Assembly (NCBI GenBank): GCA_035221665.1
Contig: CM069132.1
Span: 117,738,001-117,802,000, forward strand
Reading direction: 5' to 3'
Origin: Okamejei kenojei
Lineage: Eukaryota
Length of the DNA: 64,000 nt
Positions 26,777-37,224 of this stretch are shown one piece after another. Each line of letters starts with the position of its first letter. Within the stretch, counting starts at the first letter, position 1. A model generated the notes under the pieces. The model saw only the letters and a program-made list of their open reading frames with translations, searched no databases and had not been told where the DNA came from. The position numbers and the translations under genes were made by a program.

Positions 26777-27269
26777 CGAGGAATTTCTGAGTTCTGGGAA
26801 CTAGTCACGGCCTCATTATCGTCGCCGCAAATTTTTCAACATGTTGAAAAATTAACGGCGACTAGAATTAAGCCGCCATGGAGAGCAGCGAGAATTCTCG
26901 TGCCGTAGGTGGGTCGCCAGGAGGTCCTAATGGGTTGCACAAGGTCGAAGGTTCTCTGAGGTTCTCATGGGTTGTAGCCGGTGCTGATTCTGTCTAATTT
27001 TATTGACTCATTGGGAAAAAAAAGGTAAGCAGTAGTTTTCAGAATCAAGGATAACCAACCGGTAATGTTAAATATACGCCGAGCTTCACTGCCATGTATC
27101 TCTGGCTTCTTAAAAGTTGTCTCCACTCCTTCTCCCTGTCCCCCCCCCCCTCTCCCTGTCCCCCCCCCCCCCTCTCCCTGTCTCCCCCCCCCCCCCCCCC
27201 CCCCTTCTCCCCACCCCAACCCCCCTCCCTCTTTTAAAGGATTTACCGTACACTGTGCTTTAGCCGTCT

Positions 27270-27817
27270 TATTGTGTGTAGTTTTGGTCCCCTAATTTGA
27301 GGAAGGACATTCTTGCTATTGAGGGCGTGCAGCATAGTTCACAAGGTTAATTCCCGGGATGGCGGGACTGTTATATGCTGAGAGAATGGAGCAGCTGGGC
27401 TTGTATACTCTGGAATTTAGAAGGATGAGAGGATATCTTATTGAAACAAAATTATTAAGGGTTTGGACACGCTGGAGGCAGGAAACGTGTTACAGATTTT
27501 GGGGGAGTCCAGAACCAGGGGCCACAGTTTAAGAATAAGGGGTAAGGCATTTAGAGCGGAGATAAGGAAACACTTTTTCACACAGAGAGTTGTGAGTCTG
27601 TGGAATTCTCTGCCTCAGAGGGTGGTGGAGACAGTTCTCTGGATCCTTTCAAGAGAGAGCTTGATAGCGCTCCTAAAGAGAGCGGAGTCAGGGGATAGGA
27701 GAAGAAGGCAGGAACGGGGTACTGATTGTGGATGATCAGCTATGATCACATTGAATGGCGGTGCTGACTCGAAGGGCCGAATGGCCTACTCCTGCACCTA
27801 TTGTCTATTGTCTATTA
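27270..27817 (+). mobile_element. CR1 3' fragment
   Basis: GESRTRGHSLRIRG...FFTQRVVSLWNSLP; (CTATTGT)n tail. Confidence 0.9.
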
Positions 27818-28261
27818 ATTACAGCGTCAACCTTCCGGTTCATCGCGGGGTGTGTCTGTATCACCTTGGCTTTGCACTGTGTGAATTTTTTAGACAGCGC
27901 TCCCCCTGCTTGTCCTGTCCCCTGCCTGCACTACGGGCTGGTGAAGGAAGTGATGTGTTTCATACCTGCCAACTATTCCGATTTGGGCGGAATTCTTCCG
28001 ATTTTTCCATCCCAATTCCGAATTCCGATTTTTTTCCTCAATATTCCGAAAAAAATTGGAATTCGGAATTGGGATGGAAGCGTGCATGCGACCCATGGCG
28101 GCGGCGGCGGCGAGGAGACAGCGAGAGAGCGCACCGCGCCTGCGCCGCTTATGGGGACACGCACGGGTGTACGTCAGCACGCAGCCGCATGACCCCGCCC
28201 CGCCACGGTGGCGTTCGGCGTCACTTGCCCCCCCCCCCCCCCCCCGCACTGAGGTCACTTT

Positions 28262-28494
28262 GTTAACGAAGAAACTGCAGATGCTGGAGAATCGAGGGTT
28301 ACACAAAATGCTGGAGAAACTCAGCGGGTGCAGCAGCATCTAAGGAGCGAAGGAGATACACAAAATGCTGGAGAAACTCAGCGGGTGCAGCAGAAAGTCT
28401 GAAGAAGGGTCTCGACCCGAAACGTCGCCTATCTCCTTCGCTCCTTAGATGCTGCTGCACCCGCTGAGTTTCTCCAGCATTTTGTGTAACCCCC
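28262..28494. mobile_element. Penelope-like terminal-repeat insertion with a perfect 63-bp inverted repeat and hammerhead-like core
   Basis: Arms at 28296-28358 and 28430-28492. Core CTGAAGA-A-GGGTCTCGACCC-GAAAC-GTC at 28399-28426. Flanking direct repeat ctgaggtcacttt at 28249-28261 and 28495-28507. Confidence 0.82.
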
Positions 28495-28507
28495 CTGAGG
28501 TCACTTT

Positions 28508-28601
28508 CCCGCCCCTTACTGACGTCACGTACCCGCCCCTTACTGACGTCACTTGCCCCGCCCCTTACTGACGTCACGTGCCCCGCCCCTTACTGACGTC
28601 A
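28508..28601. promoter_or_regulatory. Tandem 4x (GC-box + full CRE) array
   Basis: TGACGTCA at 28520, 28544, 28569 and 28594, each preceded by CCCGCCCC. Function not shown. Confidence 0.55.
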
Positions 28602-28954
28602 GACTAATAGGATTCCGATTTTTCAATCTCACAAGTTGCCAGGTATGGTGTTTGTGTGTGTTCCACTCTGACAGTTGCTGTTCCAGTTGCCGGCTTTACA
28701 GGCGACTGCCCATTAGGTTGCGTTTTTTGGTCTATTTTTTATAATGTTAATGAACTTAGCAAATGTTTTATACATTTTTAACTGAAAGCGTTTTTATAAT
28801 TATCTTTAAATTATTTTTTAAATGCTCTTTATTTCAACCTGTTTAAATTCATCAGTGTGGTTCAGCTGGTGTGGTCCCTGGTGTCAATGTCTGCGTTCTG
28901 GATGCAACTGGCAGACTGCTCCATCTCGCAACCTTTTGACGGAAGGGCTCTGGA

Positions 28955-29960
28955 CATAGAAACATAGAAAATAGGTGCAGGAGCAGGCCATTCGGCCCTT
29001 CGAGCCTGCACCGCCATTCAATATGATCATGGCAGATCATCCAACTCAGTATCCTGTACCTGACTCCTCTCCATACCCCCTGAACCCTTTAGCCACAAGG
29101 GCCACATCTAACTCCCTCTTAAATATAGCCAATTAACTGGCCTCAACTACCTTCTGTGGCAGAGAATTCCACAGATTTATCCCTGCCCCTGCACCAGTTC
29201 CTCAGCCACACATTCATAGAAATTAGGTGCAGGAGTAGGCCATTCAGCCCTTCGAGCCTGCACCGCCATTCAATATGATCATGGCTGATCATCCAACTCA
29301 GTATCCCGTACCTGCCTTCTCTCCATACACCCTGATCCCCTTAGCCACAAGGGCCACATCCAACTCACTCTTAAATATAGCCAATGAACTGGCCTCAACT
29401 ACCCTCTGTGGCAGAGAGTTCCAGAGACTCACCACTCTCTGTGTGAAAAAAGTCTTTCTCATCTCGGTCTTAAAGGATTTCCCCCTTATCCTTAAGCTGT
29501 GACCCCTTGCCCTGGACTTCCCCAACATCGGGAACAATCTTCCTGCATCTAGCCTGTCCAACCCCTTAAGAATTTTGTAAGTTTCTATAAGATCCCCTCT
29601 TAATCTCCTAAATTCCAGAGAGTATAAACCGAGTCTATCCAGTCTTTCTTCATAAGACAGTCCTGACATCCCAGGAATCAGTCTGGTGAACCTTCTCTGC
29701 ACTCCCTCTATGGCAATAATGTCCTTCCTCAGATTTGGAGACCAAAACTGCACGCAATACTCCAGGTGTGGTCTCACCAAGACCCTGTACAACTGAAGTA
29801 GAACCTCCCTGCTCCTGTACTCAAATCCTTTTGCTATGAAAGCTAACATACCATTCGCTTTTTTCACTGCCTGCTGCACCTGCATGCCTACTTTCAATGA
29901 CTGGCACCTGCATGCCTACTTTCAATGACTGGCACCTGCATGCCTACTTTCAATGACAAA
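28955..29960 (-). mobile_element. Composite young CR1 insertion with two 3' ends inside one 14-bp TSD
   Basis: TSD ggaagggctctgga at 28941-28954 and 29961-29974. ORF 29298..29897 is a CR1 C-terminus. Confidence 0.9.
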
Positions 29961-30360
29961 GGAAGGGCTCTGGATTTAGATGCCACATTAACTGATCGGA
30001 GGGCAGGTTCACAGCGTGGCTAATTTCTTGGATACTTCTGAAAATAAAATTACAGCGGGGAGCAAAATATGGAATAATGATGGGTTCAAACATGATCTGG
30101 TCCCACAACAATGAAACAAGCTCTTGTGAGAAAATGAAAGCGCTCCAAAATCTGAGAATAGGTTAAACTTCTAAAGAATAAAAAAGCAATATGTAAATAT
30201 GTATTGCATATCTACTTCCACACGAGAGTGTAGATAGAGTTCTGTTTCTTGTTTCTTTACATGCAATGTCTTGTTTGGTTTCAAATAAGGATCTCTCTCT
30301 CCCCCCCCCCCCTCCCCCCCTCTCCCCCCTCCCCCCACTCTCCCCCCCCTCTCCCCCCCT

Positions 30361-30470
30361 CGCGAGTTTAGCCAATCGTAGTGTAGCGGCACCTAGTGGT
30401 GAAGCTGGGCATTCAGAGCCTTCGTCATTGGTCGAGACTGTCATGTAACTGGCGGTTCGTTCGTGGGCCT
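30361..30470. promoter_or_regulatory. CpG-containing element with CCAAT boxes and a CTCF-like motif
   Basis: gccaatcg at 30371 and cattgg near 30426. Minus-strand CCACTAGGTGCCGC at 30386-30399 has one mismatch to CCASYAGRKGGCRS. Confidence 0.4.
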
Positions 30471-30789
30471 TTGAGAGTAATCAGTAGCTGGTGCTCCTCA
30501 CATCGACAGGAGCTTTAATCGTTAATTCTTGACTAGGTACGCGGTAGTTCGAGTATTTGTTTTTGTTAATAAAGAATATTTCGCTCAACCTGCCTGGTCT
30601 CACTACAGTAGATGTGTTATTATTAGACACACTCCTTGGTCAAGGAGAAGCAAAGAAGCCAAAGTGCTAAACTACAGTTGTCTCAAACGCCTAGGTTTTG
30701 GAATGGGAAGTCAAATTTGGGTTGCTTATCTGTCTTGCGCTCTATCCAACAGCTTCTATAATTATTGGACAAGAGATAAGGATATTGTT

Positions 30790-31020
30790 GGACACATAAA
30801 GCTGGAGTAACCCAATGGGTCAGACAGCATCTCTGGGGAAAAGGAATGGGTGACATTTCGGGTCGAGACCCTTCTTCAGTCTGAAGAAGAGTCCGACCCA
30901 AAACGAAGAAGGGTCTTGACACGAAATGTCACCTATTCCTTTTCTCCAGAACCCACTGAATTACTCCGGCTTTTTGTGTCTACCTTTGGTTTAAACCAGC
31001 ATCTGCAGTTCCTTCCTACA
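30790..31020. mobile_element. Head-to-head pair of Penelope-like terminal repeats
   Basis: Centred on the near-palindrome cttcttcag-t-ctgaagaag; each half carries the CTGAAGA...GAAA motif. Confidence 0.75.
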
Positions 31021-31654
31021 GAGGATGTTATTGGATCTTTTCGTGAAAACATCTTCCATGATCCTGTTCAGGATCACCATGTCAATAAAAGCCACTTTGG
31101 CTGAGGAACAAAAGTGTCCGCTTCTCACTACACCAAACCAGAGAAAAGAATTGAAACATTCACAAAGGATGCAGATGGGACAAAATTAACACAAACAAAA
31201 AAATCATCTTGGCAACATTAACATGTCAAGAAGAAACAAGGAAAAATATCTGAGAATAGAAACAGAGGACAAGAGATGTCTGCCTTTGATATGGAAAGTG
31301 GCAACCAGGAGTCCAATCTACATGGATTAAAAAGCTTTGGGGAGATTCAATTTGGCGTTACTTTTTAGTTGTACATTATTCCACTCCAGTTTCTTAAATC
31401 TCAGTAGTCTCCCAATTTTGGATGTGCATTGTTCAATGGATTTTGCTTTCCACGGCTACTTCTGTTAATACTGAAATCCGCTAATTTAGTTACAGAGGAA
31501 TATGACAGCAATGAATAAGAGGTTTGTTTGAAAGAATGCATTTGAAAAAATCCCTCAAAACATTAATTTAAATTGTTTATACAAAGTGAATTGCTATTTC
31601 AGAAATATTTAGTACTGTCTGTGATTTCTCCTGAACATAAATCCAGTCTAATTG

Positions 31655-32600
31655 TGCAGAGAGGAACTGCAGATGCTGGTTTAAACAGAAGACAGACACA
31701 AAAAGCTGGAGTAACTCAGTGGGTCAGGCAGCGTCTCTGGAGAAAAGGAATTGGTACCGTTTTCGGTCTAGATCCATCTTTAGACTGAGAGTCAAGTGAA
31801 AGGGGAACGAGAGGTAAAGATGGTACTTGGGAGAAATTAATGGAAGATATGCTAAAAGCAATGATAATCAAGGAAATGTGGGGCACACAAGCCATTGTTG
31901 GCTATGCTATAGGTGACAGTGAGTCTCCAGACAGAGGAACTCAACAGGATGACAGTAAACTAGTACGATGACTAAGATGGAGGACGGGCAGAGATAGAGG
32001 GGATGCAAGGGTTACTTGAAGTTAGAGAAATCAAGAATTATACCATTGGGTTGTAAGCAACCCAAGCGAAATATGAGATGCTGTTCCTCCAATTTACATT
32101 TGGTCACACTCTGATAATGGAGGAGGCCCAGGACAGAAATATCCGAATGGGAGGGGGAGTTAAAGTGTTTGGCAACTGGAAGATCACGTAGGTTTAGGTG
32201 GACTAAGCAAAGGTGTTCAGTGAAACCATCACCGAATCTGGGCCTGGTCTCACCAATATACAGGAGTCCATATCTGGAACAGCGGATACAGTAGATGAGG
32301 TTGGAGGAGATGCAAGTGAACCTCTGTCTTATCTGAACGGACTGTCGGGGTCCCTGGATAGAGTTGAGTGAGGAATGGAGATATAGGGAGAGGTGTTGGA
32401 TTTCCTGCAGTGGCAGGGGGTGGTTAGGTGGGAAGTGATTAGTTAACCAGGGAGTTGCGAAGGGAACAGTCTCTGCAGTAAGCAGAAAGGGGTGGGGATG
32501 GGAAAATGTGGCTAGTGGTGGGACCCCGTCGAAGGTGGCGAAAATGTCAGAGGATTATTTGCAGTATGCGACGGCTGATGGGGTGAAAGGTGAGAACCCA
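31655..32600 (-). mobile_element. Degenerate Penelope-like element (terminal repeat plus GIY-YIG region)
   Basis: 32010-32340 aligns by eye to the GIY-YIG-coding segment at 50275-50620. Confidence 0.8.
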
Positions 32601-33639
32601 GTCAAGTCGGGCCTGAACTCATTAGAATCATGAAACTATACAGCATTGAAATATGTCCTTGAGTCCAACATGTCCGTGCCCTAATGTTGCCTAACTGAGC
32701 TAGTCCCACTTACTTGTGTTCAACCTGTGTTGCTTCAAACCTTTCCTATCCATGTGTCTGAACAAATCTATTTTAAATGTCCCAATTGCCCTGCCTTTAC
32801 CACTTCATCTTATAGCTTGTTCCATCTACACACCACCCTCTGTCTGGATATTGTTCACCTTAAATCTATCGCCACTAGTTATAGATTTCCCTACCCTGGG
32901 GAAGGACACTATGAATGCTAAGCACCACAATTCGTGGGGTTTACACCACAATGTCGTGCCCAAAAAATATTTGGAGAAAGACTTGGGGAATTTAGTGCAT
33001 TTTAGGTCATAAGTAATAGGAGCAGAATTAGACCATTTGGCCCATCAAATCTACTCTGGCATTCAATATGGCTGATCTATCTCTCCCTGGTAACTCAATT
33101 CTCCCGTCTTCTCTCCATAACCCCTGACACCCGTCTATCTCCCTTTAAAAATATCCATTGTCTTGGTCTCCACAGCCTTCTGTGGCAAAGAATTCCACAG
33201 ATTCACCACCCTGACTAATGAAATTCCTTGTCATCTCCTTCCCAAAGGAACGTCCTTTAATTCTGAGGCTATGACCTCTAGTCCTAGACTAGAGTCTCCC
33301 ACCAGTGGAAGCATCCTCTCCATCCAAGCCGGAACTTCGACCTGTGTGTGTGTGTGTACTGGGATGTATGTGTGCATGTGTGTGGAATGAGAGAGGCTGT
33401 TTGGGAAAGTATTCTTTACAATCAGATCATGAAAAATTCAAAGGATTGTATTTTCATTTGTCATTTATATCCATGTTGGCGGTAAGTTTCGCGCGTGTTT
33501 GAATCGAAACCACCCGAACACTGATGATTACTACTTGGGTCTGGTTCAGGATCTTGGGCCATTGCAGCTACTATATATAGAATTATCTCCTTAAACTAAA
33601 AATACCACCACATACTGTAAGCCATGACTAAAGGGGACG

Positions 33640-34330
33640 GATATCAGAGGCTGCCATCAGCGCTTACGTTGCTTCCCACATGCATTCCTGGTGCAGAATA
33701 ATGCGTGTCTAGCTGTTGTGGTGACTTATGCCAACTTTTTGACTCCTTTAACCGCAGGGGCCAGAGTTGGGAATGTAATAAATCCAGGGTAATGCCAGGG
33801 TCTCGCCAGCCAGGAGTCGGTGGTTGGGGGGGGGGGGGGTAGCTAGTGTAGAGGTCCCGGGACAAGGTTGAACGACCGGGGCTGGTCATCCTAAGGGCAG
33901 CGCCGGGTAGTGCACGTCCTCGGTCCCAGCCGGACTGGCACTCCAGTGAAAGCGGGGGCCGCCGTCCAACAGGGTGTGGTGGGGGATTTGTAGTCGCTCC
34001 GTCTCTCAGCAAGGACTGGCGCCGCCTCCCCGTTGCCCGTCTGTAGAAAGTTGAGGGTGCATGCAGTCTGCGCTAACTTGTCCCATGGAAGCAGCCGATA
34101 GTTGAACGCCGATCTCTCTCAGCGGGGACATGTACCTCTACGGCCAGGAGGAGCCCGAAGAGGTAAGGAGGAGGGGGAGGGAGGGAGGGAGGGCAGGGAA
34201 TGAAAGTCCAAGCTTCAAGAGAACACCACAGACCCTGTCCCACTCTGGAATGGAGAAGCGGCCAGAGTCTGCACAGTTCAAGTATGCTCTCCTCCGTCAT
34301 TATTTCCCAGGGTGGCTCGCCGGAGGCACA
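33640..34330 (+). promoter_or_regulatory. CpG-rich island, candidate alternative CACNB2 promoter
   Basis: Local GC/CpG enrichment with no recognisable TE hallmarks, surrounding the candidate exon at 34130. Confidence 0.55.
34130..34162 (+). CDS. CACNB2: Candidate alternative first coding exon of CACNB2 (MYLYGQEEPEE), beta3/beta4a-like N-terminus
   Basis: ATG has G at -3 and an upstream in-frame TGA. 11 codons are followed by a phase-0 donor GAG|GTAAGG, in frame with the exon at 61994. The peptide resembles beta4a MYDNLYLHGIEDSEA. Confidence 0.65.
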
Positions 34331-34829
34331 CGCAATTGTTCAAGTGATTGATGAGAAATTAAGTGATAAAAGCCCAATAACTGTTGTTTTAATCATAACC
34401 TGCTGACTTGGGTGGGTGGGGGAACGAGTGCACAGCCCAAGTTAAAACAAAAACTGCTGGAAATACCCGGGAGAAAACGGATTCGAGCACAAATGCCTAA
34501 CCTGATGAGCAACTCCAGCATTTTCCTTTTCTATTTAAACTCTGCGCCCAACCATGTTAGATAAAGGCGACAAGCGGTTAAGATTTTTATCACAAAGAAA
34601 ACTTAAATACAAAATACCAGGCATGAGATAAATACTGTGGATTTTTGAAATCTAACGTGAAACGGGAACTCAACAGTAACTTGTGGACACAAGAGATTGT
34701 AGATGCTGAAATCTCGGGCAAAAAAAACCCCAATCTGGCGTAAGAACAAACTCTGTACTGAGAACAAACTCTGTACAGAGAGCACCTTTAATCAGGATCG
34801 AACCTGGATCTCTGGCATTGTAAAGCACC

Positions 34830-35400
34830 AACTCACCACTGTACGATAATACTGTACTGATACTGATAAATATAAAGCCAAACTGAAGTACAATCCGTAG
34901 AGCAAAGGGGAAGATGTAGAGTCTAGAATATAATTCTCAGCATTGCAGTGCAGTTCCAGAGACAACGTCCAATGTTCACATTGGGATAGAGGTGATCCGA
35001 CAGTATACTAGCTTATTGGAGGACTATTCAGAAGCTTGAAAATAACAGGGAACAATCTGTTCCTGAGTCTGGCCATGTGCGCTTTCAAGTTTCTGTATCC
35101 TCTGCCCAATGAAAGTAGGGACAAGTCTTTGATTATGTTGACTGCTTTTCCTAGGCAATGTGTGTCAGTGTGAAGAGCCTGGTCTGTGTGATGGACTGGG
35201 CAACATTTACAACACCCTGCAATGTCTTGCGGTCTAGGGCAGAGCTGGTCCCAAACCAAGCTGTGATGGCCCAAACAAAACCAACCACCCTGACAGCATG
35301 CTTTCTATGTGCATCCACAGCATATAAAAGTCTTTGGAGACATGCTGAATTTCTTCAGTCTTCTGAGGAAGTAGAGGCATTGGCGTGCCTTCATGGCTAT
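34830..35400 (-). mobile_element. Rex1/Babar-like LINE 3' relic
   Basis: ...GRGYRNLKAHMARLRNRLFPVIFKLLN, similar to the 6011 and 52472 ORFs. Confidence 0.7.
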
Positions 35401-35574
35401 TGCGCCAATGCTGAGATCTGGAGCAAAAGAACAAGCTGTTGAAGGAACTTGGGGTCAAACATCATCTGTAGAGGCAAAGGGGTAGTCGACCCTTTCTGGT
35501 CCAAAACCTATATCATGGCAAATTAGTAAATATTGGAAGAAAGCATGTTAACTTGTTGAGTTTCTCCAACAGAT

Positions 35575-35750
35575 AGACACAAAGTGCTGGAGCAAGTCAG
35601 CGGGTCAGGCAGTGTGAAGTCCGAAGAAGGGTCCTGACCTGAAATGTCACCTGTTCCTTTCTCCATAGATGCTGCACGACCCGCTTAGTTACTCCAGCAC
35701 TTTGTATCTATCTTTGGTATAAACCACCATCTCCAGTTCCTTCCTATGAA
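35575..35750. mobile_element. Penelope-like terminal repeat, inverted pair
   Basis: gacacaaagtgctggag...ccgaagaagggtcctgacctgaaatgtc...ctccagcactttgtatc. Confidence 0.7.
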
Positions 35751-37224
35751 GTTCTCCAGCAGCTTGCTTCTTGTGAGGATGGAAAAAATGATTTTATTTC
35801 TAGTTTTTTCTCCCATGTGTTGTCTGTGAACCAAATATTTTCTGAAGGGATATATTTTCTGCAGTTCGTATGCAACTCAATTGACCATTATTTATGAACC
35901 TACAGGACATTCTCAGCACTAGATCCAATGCTGCCAGGTCACATTCCAATCTTTATGAAAAGGTTCTTTTTCAATGCTGCATTATTATTAGAATGTAGAA
36001 CAGCACAGCAACAGGCCCTTCAGCACACAAAGCCTGTGCTTAACATGGTGCCAAGATAAACTAATCTGATCTGTCTGCACATGATCCATATCCCTTCACT
36101 CCCTGCAAATCCACGTGGCTATCTAAAAGCATTTAATGTATCTGCCTCCTCGCCCAATCTGGTATCCAACACCCTTTTAGTCTCTCATAATTTTATGTAC
36201 TTTCTATCAGATCACCATGCAACCTCTGGTGTTCCAGAGATAACAGTCCAAGTCTGTCCACACTATCTTTCCTCCAATATCCTCTAATCCAGGGATCATT
36301 CTGGTAAACCTTTTCTGCACTCCCTCCTATGCCTCCACATCCTTCTTGTGATGAATTAGGCCATTTGGCCTGTCAAGTCTACTCCACCATTCAATCATGG
36401 CTGATCTAACTTTCCCTCCTAACCCCATTCTCCTGCCTTCTCCCCAAAATCTCTGACACCTGAACTAGATGCAACACACCAAATGCAGTCTGACCAACTC
36501 CTTTAAAGCTGCATTATGACTTCCTGACTCTTATATTTGATGCCCTGACTTATAAACAAGCATATTATATGCATTTTTAATAGCAGTATTATTATAGTCA
36601 ATAGGGGGAACCGAGCTTTCCTCCTAAGAGCAAGGCAGCAATGATAACTGTGGTTCCCCAGCTGAAATAACTAATTTAGCATAGAGCAACAGGATTATGA
36701 GTGTTCTGTGCTTTCAGTTCGAAGTCTTAGTCTTCAAGCACCCTTTCCCCCTCAGCCAAGGGCTCTGCTGGTACACTGAAGGATATTGTAAATGTCAACC
36801 TTGATATCCACCTTCACATAGGGTCCACATTGTCCGGGATCTCACCATGACACTTCATTGTCCGAGCGTGGTATTTGTATAGTGGGCACAGGTTGATGGA
36901 AGCCGTCTGTTTTGTGAATGTTGTGTTTAAGGTCCATCATCTTCTTTGCTTCAGTGAATGAGTTGAAACTTGCCCTCTGAATGCAAGTGTTGCCCAAGTA
37001 CTGCTGTTCAATGACTAAGGCAAGGATGACGAATTGCACCCAGTTATTACAGGCCGCATTATCTGCATGCCTAACAACACACTTATGACGGTATCCATTT
37101 TGAGTTTTGGCATGAAGATATTCTCAGGAGGGAAGAATAGAAGCTTCAAGGATGTGGCCAAAGCCTTCCTGAGAATGAATTCTGACTAACTGCCAGGCCT
37201 CCCAGATCCAGGACCACCCAAAGT

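Larger units (their letters stand above)
27961..28647. mobile_element. Non-autonomous DNA transposon (hAT-like) with 14-bp TIRs and a 6-bp TSD
   Basis: TIRs catacctgccaact / agttgccaggtatg (13/14 match). TSD gtgttt at 27955-27960 and 28648-28653. Confidence 0.8.

Noticed and set aside
31021-31370. Purine-rich, coding-looking stretch
   Set aside because: Stops in all + frames within short distances, no recognised protein and no clear splice sites.
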